DNA of 64,000 nt, taken from an uncultured Prevotellaceae bacterium. GTDB taxonomy: Bacteria; Bacteroidota; Bacteroidia; Bacteroidales; Bacteroidaceae. Of this stretch, positions 27,463 to 36,803 are shown piece after piece. Below the pieces are notes generated by a model that was not told where the DNA came from, made no database searches, and saw only the letters and a program-made list of their open reading frames with translations. The stretch lies in the NCBI GenBank assembly GCA_902781315.1, contig CACZIT010000008.1:4176-68175 (forward strand). The letters are read 5' to 3'. The position numbers and the translations under genes were made by a program. How positions within the stretch are numbered: the stretch's first letter is position 1; the number at the start of each line of letters is the position of its first letter.

Positions 27463-27843
27463 CTACTCGTACAGCTGGAACATGCGCTCCATCATCTGCC
27501 ACTTCTCGTCGGAGGTGGCGGTGGAGTCGCACTGCTGGAAGCAGGCCATGTACTCCTCCCACTCCTGCTGGCGGGGCAGCGTGGCGAGACGCGCCATCGC
27601 TGAGTCCCAGTCGAAGTCGAGAGGGGTCTCGACAATCATCACCAGGCGCGTGCCCAGGATGTAGATGTCCATTTCCAGGATGCCCACCTCGCGGATGCCA
27701 GCCTGAATCTCCGGCCAGGCTTCGCCGCGGCTGTGGCGCCGACGATACTCGGCAATGAGTGCCGGTTCGTCCTTCAGGTCCATCGTCTGCACGTAGCGCT
27801 TCACGGGGACCCGGTATTGCTTCATGATGTTTCCTTCAGTCAT
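27463..27843 (-). CDS. L-fucose/L-rhamnose mutarotase (DUF718-like)
   Basis: IAEYRRRH...WPEI...GILEMDIY...WEEYM; downstream of fucI-fucP. Confidence 0.85.
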   Translation of the reverse strand: MTEGNIMKQYRVPVKRYVQTMDLKDEPALIAEYRRRHSRGEAWPEIQAGIREVGILEMDIYILGTRLVMIVETPLDFDWDSAMARLATLPRQQEWEEYMACFQQCDSTATSDEKWQMMERMFQLYE

Positions 27844-27850
27844 AAGTGTT

Positions 27851-27975
27851 GTCGCTGCGCGACGGTTTAAGGCGCCGTTGGCGCGTGTAAGGTGCCTTCG
27901 GCACGTGTAAGGGCGGCGTTGCCGCCGTGTAAGGACGCTGCGCGTCGTGTAAGGCGCCTGCGGCGCGGTTCAAAT
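27851..27975. repeat. Array of six GC-rich triloop hairpins joined by a constant GTGTAAG linker
   Basis: All six stems are perfectly complementary and five of the six stem sequences are distinct; period about 20 bp. Confidence 0.95.
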
Positions 27976-27978
27976 GGT

Positions 27979-30900
27979 TCAATTGATGAGGACTTTCTTG
28001 CCATTGATGATGAAGAGACCCTTGCGGGGGCGGTTGAGGCGGCGACCACTGAGGTCGAAAATCCGTGGGGTCTTTTCGTTAGCCACTACCTGCGGGATGC
28101 TCGTGGGGTCGAATTCGCTGATGGTGGAGAATTCTTTCCAGACTTCTGCTGCTTGGTATTTTTCCTTTTTACCTAACGGAACAGAAAGTGTAGCAGAGGT
28201 GAACTCCTCGTGCCAACTTTCATCATCACCGCTATACCATTTACAGACAAACACATTCCTGTTGACAGGACATGGTTCTGACATGAACGACACCACAGAA
28301 TTTAGGCTTCTACAATCATAAAATGCATTGTCGCCTATTTCTGCTAACGTTGATGGCAGCTGTAATTCCTGAAGGCCATAACAATACCTAAACGCACTTT
28401 CTCCAATAGAAAGCAACCCCTCGGGAAGAATGACTTTTCTTAAAGAGTAAGCATTCCAGAAAGCGGCTCGCCCTATTTCTTCTATTCCCGGCTCTATGAT
28501 TAAGGATTTCATGGGACACCCCACGAATGCACTATTTCCAATAGACTTAACCTCATACGGCTTTCCATCTATCTCTATCGAAGAAGGTATCACAACGTCT
28601 TGATCCCTTAAGATTTCAGCATCACTTCTTACAACCGATGCGATATTTTCGCCAGTAGCATAGGAATAGGTAATACCCTCAATGGTTATTTCTTTGAGCT
28701 CGCCCTGACAGATTGTACTGAATTCATTCCAAACTGCTGCCGATTCGTAGTTTGGCTTCGTACCTATCGGAACATAAAGCGTAGCAGAAGTGAACTCCTC
28801 GACCGACGTATCATCGTCATACCATCTCCAAACAGTGAAAACATTTCTACTCACAGCACAGGGTTCTGACATATATGACACTACCGCCTTCAAATTGTAA
28901 CAATTGCCAAATGCATTGACAGCAATTTCTTCTAACGTTGAGGGCAGATATATTTCCTTAAGTTCAGAACAATATTGGAATGCTTGCTCACCGATAGAAA
29001 GCAATCCCTCTGGCAGCACAGCTTTCTCAAGCTGATAGGCATTAAAGAAAGCATTTCGCCCTATTTCTTCTATTCCAGGTTCTATAGTTAAGGATTTCAT
29101 AAGGCAATCTTCGAAGGCATTATTCGCAATAGACTTCACCTCATACGACTTTCCATCTATCTCTATCGAAGAAGGAATCACAACATCTTTATCCCTTAGC
29201 ATTTCAGCATCGCTTCTTTCAATCGAAGCTACGGCTTCACCCGTGGCATAGAAATATGTAATGCCCTCAATGGTAATTTCTTTTAGCTCGCCCTGATAGA
29301 TTTTTTTGAATTCATTCCACCCTGCAGACGACTCATAGTTTGGCTTCGTACCTATCGGTACATATAGCGTGGCAGAAGAGAAACCCTCGACCAACGTATT
29401 ATCGTCAAGCCATTTCCAAAGAGTGAAAGCATTCCTATTCACAGCACATGGTTCTGACATATATGACACCACCCAATTCAAATCGTTACACTTGGCGAAG
29501 GCATGGTTGCCGATTGCCTTCAGCGTTGAAGGCAGATGGATTTCTCTGAGTCCATAGCACTCTTGGAATGCTGATTCGCCAATGAACAGCAGTCCTTCTG
29601 GCATTATTACCTTTTTTAGTGAGTTAACATTCCCAAAAGCATAGTTGTCAATTCTTGTTACGCGATAGTTTGTACCATCAAGGCTTACTGTTGATGGAAT
29701 CTCAAGACTATTCCATTCATAGGAAGAATAATCTCCATTTATCAACTTAGCTTCTTTGGTTCCTATATTGCACAAAAACACAAGGCCATTATCAGTAATT
29801 TCCTTCACGCCATAGATGGTGACCTCTGACGTTCCCATCACACAGGTACCCTCTTCGTCGGACGTGATTTTCACGGGAAAAGTGCCTGGACCATCAGCAG
29901 TAAATGAAAGGTAAATGTTGCCCGTCTGCCCAGGTTCTACGCAACCGATGCCTTGTCCCATCTTTTGCCAATCACTGCTCCCTCTCATCCAGAAATAGAC
30001 CCTTTCCTGCATCACATCACTGGTGTTTGTAATATTGATAGTGACATCCACCTTTGAATTTTCTGCCATTTCACCACTGTAGTCAACACTGTTAACGGTA
30101 TAGGTGGCGCCTGGCTTAAAACCTCTGACCGATAGCGTATTACCCGTTATCTGTGCGTAAATACACTTCACCGTTGAGATGATAGTCCAATCGCTGTCTC
30201 CCACATATCGATAGACTGGCACGAGTTTATAGTTCCCATCGGAAAGACCTGCGCCAAAGGAAATCGGGTTCGGTCCGTCATAATAACTCCACCTGTCAGT
30301 ACGGTTATCAATATGTATTTGCTTGTATGCTGCCACGTTCTCCATCTTGCCATCAATGCAGACGGCCCAGCCTGCTTCGATGTCACAGGTGGTAGTGGGC
30401 GGTAATGTATAAGATATTCCGAGATGGCATCCTTCCGTTGAAACACCCTCGAAGTCGGCATTGGTCGAATTGCGCCAATAAGTTGCCTCGGGCATATCTT
30501 CCGTATATGAACTAACGACAGGTAGTTCTGGCTCATTGTCGCTGGCGGGCTGAAAACCTATGACTGCCACCTGACCAAATGCATATCCAGCCGTGCCGGA
30601 GCCGCCGCCGATGCCCTTCTCGTCAGGATTGGCCAGCGAGAGCACAAAATAGCCGTCGCTGCCGCCGCCCCAGCCCCAGTTGATGTGGAAGAAGCCCTCG
30701 CCGTCGTAGCCGTCACACACAAACTGATGGGCACTGCTCCCAGAACCTCCTTCATACAACACGGGGCGATTGCTGGCCAGCTCGTTGTATATCAGGTTCT
30801 CCCACTCTTCGACAGAATAATCTTCGCGCGAAGCCCTCCAAGCATTCTTGCTATAGGAAAACAATTCTGCCATCACGTCCAGATGAACATACGCAGAAGA

Positions 30901-31662
30901 CCCTCCTTGCTTGTAGTTCATCGAATTGGCCTGCCCGACATATAGCATCAGTTCCGCCACGGCATCGGCCGAAGCACCAGTTTCCTGATGTTGGTAGTGA
31001 TCCTTCATCAGATTCCACTTGAACGTGGTAGGCGGCAGTTCGGGCATGACTATTTTTTTTGTGCCAGTGGTGTAGCCGGGAATGGCAGGGCAGTTCAGCG
31101 GCCACTGGTGATAGTTCATCACCTGTGCCAAAGCCGTCGCCACGCACCCCGTCACGTAGTGCGATTCGTTGCCGCTTTCGTCAATGTAGGTGGGCGTCAT
31201 CAGGCTGTAGGGCAGACTCTGATTCCACGTAGTCGTGATGAGCGGCGCAATGGCGGGTTTCTCCTCCGCCGCCGTCAGCGCCGAGGTTGCCGCAGCGCCT
31301 TCGTCGAGCGAAGCAATCTGCTCGGCATAGCCCTCCAGCCAGCAGCGCAGGTTGACGGGCAGGCTGTCGGCGTTGAGTGCTCCGCTATCGGCATAGCCCA
31401 GAATGGGCAAGGTGCGGTCGTCGCCCGAGACAATGACGAAACCTCGCCCTTTCTCATCGTTGAACACATAGAAGGGATGGTCAGAATCCTCGCCCTTGGC
31501 ACGCCTCCACGACCTGCCCTCGGCAAACTGCCTCGAGGGCATGAACTGCCGGGCCTTCAGTAGCGCCTCGCTCCTTGAAACGGGATGGGCCTGCACGGCT
31601 GTAGAAACCACTATCAGCAATAACAGTATTACACTTCTTCTCATCAGGTTGTTCTTTCGCAT
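27979..31662 (-). CDS. Peptidase C10 (streptopain-like) with BspA-type LRR modules and T9SS C-terminal tail
   Basis: Spi-like prodomain, GCVATALAQ (Cys), AHQFVCDG (His), HINWGW; three 196-aa LRR modules (588-bp period); tail IFDLSGRR...GLFIINGKK. Confidence 0.9.
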   Translation of the reverse strand: MRKNNLMRRSVILLLLIVVSTAVQAHPVSRSEALLKARQFMPSRQFAEGRSWRRAKGEDSDHPFYVFNDEKGRGFVIVSGDDRTLPILGYADSGALNADSLPVNLRCWLEGYAEQIASLDEGAAATSALTAAEEKPAIAPLITTTWNQSLPYSLMTPTYIDESGNESHYVTGCVATALAQVMNYHQWPLNCPAIPGYTTGTKKIVMPELPPTTFKWNLMKDHYQHQETGASADAVAELMLYVGQANSMNYKQGGSSAYVHLDVMAELFSYSKNAWRASREDYSVEEWENLIYNELASNRPVLYEGGSGSSAHQFVCDGYDGEGFFHINWGWGGGSDGYFVLSLANPDEKGIGGGSGTAGYAFGQVAVIGFQPASDNEPELPVVSSYTEDMPEATYWRNSTNADFEGVSTEGCHLGISYTLPPTTTCDIEAGWAVCIDGKMENVAAYKQIHIDNRTDRWSYYDGPNPISFGAGLSDGNYKLVPVYRYVGDSDWTIISTVKCIYAQITGNTLSVRGFKPGATYTVNSVDYSGEMAENSKVDVTINITNTSDVMQERVYFWMRGSSDWQKMGQGIGCVEPGQTGNIYLSFTADGPGTFPVKITSDEEGTCVMGTSEVTIYGVKEITDNGLVFLCNIGTKEAKLINGDYSSYEWNSLEIPSTVSLDGTNYRVTRIDNYAFGNVNSLKKVIMPEGLLFIGESAFQECYGLREIHLPSTLKAIGNHAFAKCNDLNWVVSYMSEPCAVNRNAFTLWKWLDDNTLVEGFSSATLYVPIGTKPNYESSAGWNEFKKIYQGELKEITIEGITYFYATGEAVASIERSDAEMLRDKDVVIPSSIEIDGKSYEVKSIANNAFEDCLMKSLTIEPGIEEIGRNAFFNAYQLEKAVLPEGLLSIGEQAFQYCSELKEIYLPSTLEEIAVNAFGNCYNLKAVVSYMSEPCAVSRNVFTVWRWYDDDTSVEEFTSATLYVPIGTKPNYESAAVWNEFSTICQGELKEITIEGITYSYATGENIASVVRSDAEILRDQDVVIPSSIEIDGKPYEVKSIGNSAFVGCPMKSLIIEPGIEEIGRAAFWNAYSLRKVILPEGLLSIGESAFRYCYGLQELQLPSTLAEIGDNAFYDCRSLNSVVSFMSEPCPVNRNVFVCKWYSGDDESWHEEFTSATLSVPLGKKEKYQAAEVWKEFSTISEFDPTSIPQVVANEKTPRIFDLSGRRLNRPRKGLFIINGKKVLIN

Positions 31663-31818
31663 AGTTTTTTTTGATTCTTATTGAGTTTTCGATGTTGTGA
31701 CAGCAAAGATACGGTTGAACTTCACTGCCGGCCTGCCGTAGTCCTGATACAAGGTGGCGGGGAGCTCGTGCTACTCCACATAGGCGGCAATGGCTTCGGC
31801 GCGCACGGCCTCACGGGC

Positions 31819-32712
31819 TTACTCGTCGGAGGCTATGCGCTGGAACTCGCCGAATGCGGGTGTGCCTTCACCACTGAGGGTGACTGGCAGCGAGAGTGTG
31901 GGCATGTCGTCGTAGATGAGCACGGGGCTGTCCGCGAACTTCACGCCGGGCACCACCTGCAACTGTACCTGACCACCCGCGAGGTCGTAGAACAGTTGTT
32001 CGCCAATAAAAAGGAGAGGACTCTCCCCCTGCCCCTCCCTATCAGGGAGGGGAGTAGTTACCTTTTCTTGCGGAGACTTTTGATGCAGAGGGATATCACT
32101 CCCCTCCCTGATAGGAAGGGGTTGGGGGAGAGTCGCCAGAGGAGTGACGCCGTCGGGGGTGACGCTGCAGAGCGTGACGCTATCGCCGTCGAGGGTGTAG
32201 CCCAAGCGCTGGCAAAGGGCCTGCTGTACGTCGTAGGGATTCACGACAGCAGCCACGTAGGCCGAGTCGTTGTCGTGGAAGCGAATCTGATAGAGCCACT
32301 CCACACGCACGCCCGAACCCTCCATGGCGCTGCTGGTGAGCCAGAGGTTGCCGGTCTGCGCGTCGTAGCAGGCCATGGGTTGGCGCGTGTTGCGGATGTT
32401 GAGGAAGGTGGTCGACGTGGAACCCTTCGTAACCATGATGCCATAACCTTCAGTTGACGTCGTATCGACCTCGCCGATGCCACAGACGCTGATGCTGTTG
32501 GCCTCGTCGCTCAGGATGTCGAACGGGTGCACCTTCAAGGCCTTCCCGTAGGCTTCCTGCACATGCTGCGGCGCGGTGTCGGCAGGTAGGGGCGCATCGA
32601 GGGTTCCTGCCACGAGGCGAACGCCCGACTGCTTGGTCTGGCAACTATTCATCAACACACTCAGACCGCCCAGAAAGATGACGGCGGCTGCTATCACTAG
32701 AATCTTTTTCAT
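31819..32712 (-). CDS. Hypothetical lipoprotein with in-frame REP doublet, possibly C-terminally truncated
   Basis: Lipobox LMNSC; insert 32019-32134; coding-like in-frame sequence continues beyond the TAA. Confidence 0.75.
   Translation of the reverse strand: MKKILVIAAAVIFLGGLSVLMNSCQTKQSGVRLVAGTLDAPLPADTAPQHVQEAYGKALKVHPFDILSDEANSISVCGIGEVDTTSTEGYGIMVTKGSTSTTFLNIRNTRQPMACYDAQTGNLWLTSSAMEGSGVRVEWLYQIRFHDNDSAYVAAVVNPYDVQQALCQRLGYTLDGDSVTLCSVTPDGVTPLATLPQPLPIREGSDIPLHQKSPQEKVTTPLPDREGQGESPLLFIGEQLFYDLAGGQVQLQVVPGVKFADSPVLIYDDMPTLSLPVTLSGEGTPAFGEFQRIASDE
32019..32134. repeat. Inverted doublet of the 37-bp palindrome (arms 37 bp, spacer 42 bp), in frame
   Basis: GACTCTCCCCCTGCCCCTCCCTATCAGGGAGGGGAGT and its reverse complement with three mismatches. 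Confidence 0.9.
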
Positions 32713-32727
32713 TGCATTGTTATCATT

Positions 32728-32768
32728 AAAGGAGTTCAAGGAGTTTTTAAGGAGTCCAAGGAGTTCAA
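32728..32768. repeat. Four imperfect AAGGAGTTC nonamers
   Basis: aaggagttc-aaggagtttt-taaggagtcc-aaggagttcaag just upstream of the lipoprotein start. Confidence 0.7.
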
Positions 32769-32840
32769 GACAATAGCATCATCTACTGCCATTCCCTTTT
32801 CACTTACTATTTCATTTTGATTCGACCTCTTGTTACTTTG

Positions 32841-34424
32841 TTACTTTGTTACCTTGACATGGCTTCGCCAGCCGTAGACCATGATGATAAGGAAGCAAAC
32901 GAATGGCAGCACGTAGGAGACGTTCACGGCGGGATGGCCGCAGATGGTCTGCTGGTCAATAATCATGCCTTGCAGAGGTGGCATCAGGGCTCCACCTACG
33001 ATGGCCATCACGAGGAAGGCTGCGCCGAGGGTGGTGTCCTGGGCGTCTACATTCTCGAGGGCGATGCCATAGATGGTGGGGAACATGAGCGACATGAAGA
33101 AGCTGATGCCCACGAGGCAGTAGAGTCCCACCATGCCCACGATGCAGATGGCGCCGAGCGAGCACAGGGCGGCTCCGATGGCAAACACCGAGAGCAGCAC
33201 GCGCGTGTTGACATAGCGCATGAGGAACGTTGAGATGAACCTGCTGCAGAGGAACAGCGACATGGCGACGATGTTGTACATCTGCGCCGTAGCTTTGTTG
33301 ATGCCCAGATAGTCGGCATATTGAATAATGAAGGTCCACGTCATGATCTGCGCGGCCACGTAGAACATCTGTGTCACCACGCCCTCGCGGTAGATGCGGT
33401 TGTGCCAGAGGTTGGAGAGGGTGTGGGCGATAGAGGGAGACCCTCCCCCCTGCCCCTCCCGGGCCTCTCCCCCAGCCCCTCCCCTATAGGGAGGGTAGCT
33501 TTGGAGGGGAGTAGTATGCCCTACTGTTTGTTGTGCTTGCTCTGAAGAGTAATCACTCCCCTCCCTCGCAGGGAGAGTCTTCTCGTCTTTGATGAGCCAT
33601 GCAATCAAGAAAGCGACAGCAACCACAACCAGTCCGATGGCCACGTAGGGATTGCGTATCACGGCGAGGTCGTGCAGACGGATGTCGGCTTTCTCGGCCT
33701 CAGAGAGCAAGGGGAAGATAATCTGTCCGGCGGCGTCGCGCTTGTCGCTGATGAGCTGTGGCAGCACGATGAGCGAGGCCACGGCCATGCCGCAGAGCGA
33801 GCCCATGGGGTTGAAAGCTTGCGCGAGGTTCAGTCGGCGGGTCGACGTCTCCTTCGAACCCAGCGAAAGGATGAATGGGTTGGCAGTCGTCTCGAGGAAA
33901 GCCAGGCCGAACGTCAGGATGTAGAGCGACAGGCAGAAGAACAGGAAACTCTGCTGCTGGGCGGCGGGTATGAAGAGGAACGCGCCGATGGCATAGAGGG
34001 CCAGTCCGAGCAGGATGCCCCGCTTGTAGCTGTAGCGGCGAATGAACAGGGCTGCCGGCACGGCCATCGTAGCGTAGCCGCCATAGAAGGCGAACTGCAC
34101 CATCGACGCCTTGGCAGCCGAAAGTTCCATGACGGTCTGGAAGGCTGCCACCATCGGGTTGGTGATGTCGTTGGCAAAGCCCCACAGCGCAAAGAGCGAT
34201 GTGATGAGGATGAAGGTCAGGAGGTACTTGCGGGGTACAAGGGCAGACTCCGCAACCTCTGCAGACCCACTCCCCTGCCCCAGAGACCCACCCCCCAGCC
34301 CCTCCCGGGCCTCTCCCCCAGCCCCTCCCCTATAGGGAGGGTAGCTTTGGAGGGGAGTAGATACTCTTGTTTGGTTGTTTTCTAAACTGTTGTTCATATT
34401 CGGTTTGATTTCATCAATTGGCAT
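32841..34424 (-). CDS. fucP: L-fucose:H+ symporter (MFS) with two in-frame palindromic inserts
   Basis: FILITSLFALWGFAN, AFYGGY, LETTANP, RRLNLAQAFNPMG, SLMFPTIY, AIVGGALMP; downstream of fucI. Confidence 0.92.
   Translation of the reverse strand: MPIDEIKPNMNNSLENNQTRVSTPLQSYPPYRGGAGGEAREGLGGGSLGQGSGSAEVAESALVPRKYLLTFILITSLFALWGFANDITNPMVAAFQTVMELSAAKASMVQFAFYGGYATMAVPAALFIRRYSYKRGILLGLALYAIGAFLFIPAAQQQSFLFFCLSLYILTFGLAFLETTANPFILSLGSKETSTRRLNLAQAFNPMGSLCGMAVASLIVLPQLISDKRDAAGQIIFPLLSEAEKADIRLHDLAVIRNPYVAIGLVVVAVAFLIAWLIKDEKTLPAREGSDYSSEQAQQTVGHTTPLQSYPPYRGGAGGEAREGQGGGSPSIAHTLSNLWHNRIYREGVVTQMFYVAAQIMTWTFIIQYADYLGINKATAQMYNIVAMSLFLCSRFISTFLMRYVNTRVLLSVFAIGAALCSLGAICIVGMVGLYCLVGISFFMSLMFPTIYGIALENVDAQDTTLGAAFLVMAIVGGALMPPLQGMIIDQQTICGHPAVNVSYVLPFVCFLIIMVYGWRSHVKVTK
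33439..33579. repeat. Compound palindromic insert in the FucP central loop
   Basis: Contains a 63-bp block (33452-33514) identical to 34298-34360. Confidence 0.9.
34264..34362. repeat. Compound palindromic insert in the FucP N-terminus
   Basis: Encodes TPLQSYPPYRGGAGGEAREGLGGGS. Confidence 0.9.
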
Positions 34425-34452
34425 AATTACTCTTCACTTGGTATTGCATTTC

Positions 34453-34489
34453 ACTCCCCTCCCTTCACGGGAGGGGCAGGGGGTGGGTC
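34453..34489. repeat. Intergenic copy of the 37-bp palindrome
   Basis: Reverse complement GACCCACCCCCTGCCCCTCCCGTGAAGGGAGGGGAGT. Confidence 0.9.
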
Positions 34490-34498
34490 TTTTCCTTT

Positions 34499-36316
34499 TT
34501 ACTTATACAGTGCTCCGAAGTTCTGGCAGGCACGATAGTCGGCGCCCTCCTTGTCCATGCCGAAGGCATTCCAGGCGGCGGGACGGAAGATGTCGCTGTC
34601 CTCGATGTTGTGCATGCAGACGGGGATGCGCAGGATGGAACAGAGCGTCAGCACGTCGGCACCGATGTGGCCATAGGCAATGGCGCCGTGGTTGGCACCC
34701 CAGCAGTTCATCACCGAGTAGACGTCCTTGAAGCAGTCCTTCTTCTCGTCGAGGCGCGGCACAAACCACGTCGTGGGCCATGTGGGGTCAGTACGGCGGT
34801 CGAGGACATCATGAATCTCGGCTGGCAGTTCCACCGTCCAGCCCTCAGCGAGCTGCAGCACGGGGCCGAGGCCCTCCACCATGTTCAGTCGCATCATCGT
34901 CATCGGCATGCCGCCACGCGTCACGAAGTGGCTCGAGTAGCCGCCGCCACGGAAGTAGTCGCGGTCGGCAGGCATCCAGTTGGTAGCCTTCAGGCAGGCT
35001 TCCACGTCCTGCTCGGTGAGTTCCCAGTGGGGCTTCATCGTGGGATTGCCGTTCTCATCCGTCATGGCGCCCGTAGCATCGAGCGTCGTGGCACCACTGT
35101 TGATGAGGTGGATGAAGCCACCGGCAGCCATGCCCTCAGGACGCTTGCCCGTGACGCGCTCCACGGCCTCGGGGCTCCAGTAGGTGCGAATGTCGGAGAA
35201 CATCACGCCTCGATTGGTCAGCAGGTGGCCGAAGAGCATCGTCATGCCGTTGAGGAAGTCGTTCTCCGTGGCCAGCACATTGGCTTCGCGCGGCCCGTTC
35301 CAGTCGAACGACGTGCACATCATGGATTCGGGGAAGTCGAAGTTGGGCTTGTAGTCAGTCCACTGCCGCTGTCCCTGCACGCCACCTGCGATGGCGTTGT
35401 GGCCCAGAGCCTCCTCCTTGTAGCCCATCTCGCGCAGGCGGTCGTTGCCGTGCATGAGGTCGCGGATGATCATCATCGTCTTCACCGTGAACTCCCAGTC
35501 CTCGTCCTTCTCCTGGCGGTTCTTGCCCTTACCCTTGCCGTTGAACGTGGTCATGGGCGTGCCGGGGAAGAGCGGGCGGTCTTCGTTGTAGTCATGACCC
35601 TCCTGCGGCTTGCAGTACTTGTCGACCCACTCCATGGCCTTCCGGAACTCCTCGGGGTCGAAGATGTTGAAATCAACGCGGCGCAGCACCTCCACCAGCG
35701 ACACATACTCTGTGCGCATGCCGAGATAGTGCTGCAGGAAGTCGGCGTTGACGATGGAGCCGGCAATGCCCATGCAGGTGTTGCCCAGCGACAGATAGGA
35801 CTTGCCGCGCATCGTGGCCACGGCCTGGGCGGCACGGGCAAAGCGCAGCAGCTTCTCGGCCACGTCGGCGGGAATGGTGTTGTCGTCGAGGTCCTGCACG
35901 TCGTGACCGTAGATGCCGAAGGCGGGCAGCCCCTTCTGGGCATGGGCAGCCAGCACGGCAGCCAGATAGACGGCGCCCGGGCGCTCCGTTCCGTTGAATC
36001 CCCACACGGCCTTCGGGTAGTGCGGGTTCATGTCCATCGTCTCCGAGCCGTAGCACCAGCAGGAAGTCACGGTAATGGTGCTTCCCACGCCCTCGCGCTC
36101 GAACTTCTCGGCGCAGGCAGCGCTCTCGGCCACGCGGCCAATGGTGCCGTCGGCAATGACGCACTCCACGGGCGAGCCGTCGCCATTGCGTAGATTGCTC
36201 TCAATGAGGTTTTTCACTGCGTTGGCCAAGGCCATCGTCTTCACTTCCAGACTCTCGCGCACACCGCCCTGACGACCGTCGATGGTGGGGCGTATGCCAA
36301 TCTTCGGATACTTCAT
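34499..36316 (-). CDS. fucI: L-fucose isomerase
   Basis: [60 protein letters not shown]. Confidence 0.95.
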   Translation of the reverse strand: MKYPKIGIRPTIDGRQGGVRESLEVKTMALANAVKNLIESNLRNGDGSPVECVIADGTIGRVAESAACAEKFEREGVGSTITVTSCWCYGSETMDMNPHYPKAVWGFNGTERPGAVYLAAVLAAHAQKGLPAFGIYGHDVQDLDDNTIPADVAEKLLRFARAAQAVATMRGKSYLSLGNTCMGIAGSIVNADFLQHYLGMRTEYVSLVEVLRRVDFNIFDPEEFRKAMEWVDKYCKPQEGHDYNEDRPLFPGTPMTTFNGKGKGKNRQEKDEDWEFTVKTMMIIRDLMHGNDRLREMGYKEEALGHNAIAGGVQGQRQWTDYKPNFDFPESMMCTSFDWNGPREANVLATENDFLNGMTMLFGHLLTNRGVMFSDIRTYWSPEAVERVTGKRPEGMAAGGFIHLINSGATTLDATGAMTDENGNPTMKPHWELTEQDVEACLKATNWMPADRDYFRGGGYSSHFVTRGGMPMTMMRLNMVEGLGPVLQLAEGWTVELPAEIHDVLDRRTDPTWPTTWFVPRLDEKKDCFKDVYSVMNCWGANHGAIAYGHIGADVLTLCSILRIPVCMHNIEDSDIFRPAAWNAFGMDKEGADYRACQNFGALYK

Positions 36317-36417
36317 AGTTTCAAGTTTATAGTTTCTGGTTTATAGGTTTCGACTACAAAAGTAACAAATTATTGCGAAACACAAGAGCCGTTTGCACTT
36401 TTTAACCCTGCAGGGTC

Positions 36418-36529
36418 AAAAAGCGCCCCTGCCCGGCTCTCACGAGCCAGACAGGGACATCTGGTTGATGCATCTATCTAACAAACTAACTATCAAGTGC
36501 CCAAGCTTATCAAAGGCACCTTTTACGTA
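36418..36529 (-). ncRNA. Candidate structured 3' RNA element ending in an intrinsic terminator, copy 1
   Basis: About 110 nt homologous to 42130-42238: GTGCC/GGCAC hairpin, AGATGCATC, terminator plus U-tract. Confidence 0.4.
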
Positions 36530-36803
36530 CTCAATTAGAATGTATTACCCCAGTTCGGGATAAGGAATTCTGTGACAGATGTGACAGACCAGCAAACCCA
36601 GAGGGCAGATTACCCTCCGTCACTTGTACTTTAACAACCCATGAACATGTTTATGAAGTCTAAATGTATCGTTTACGCTGTCTAAGTGTATCATTTGCGA
36701 AGCGCAAATAAATACTCTGTTTCAACGGTGAAGGACAGCTCTGACTCTTGCAATCGTCTTACATCGAACTTACGTTACGTAAGCTGCATTTTTTCCATAG
36801 TCT

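Noticed and set aside
27851-27975. CRISPR array
   Set aside because: The constant part is only 7 bp and the variable parts are 13-15 bp self-complementary stems, not spacers; no cas genes in the window.
34610-36193. 527-aa plus-strand ORF
   Set aside because: Antisense shadow of fucI.
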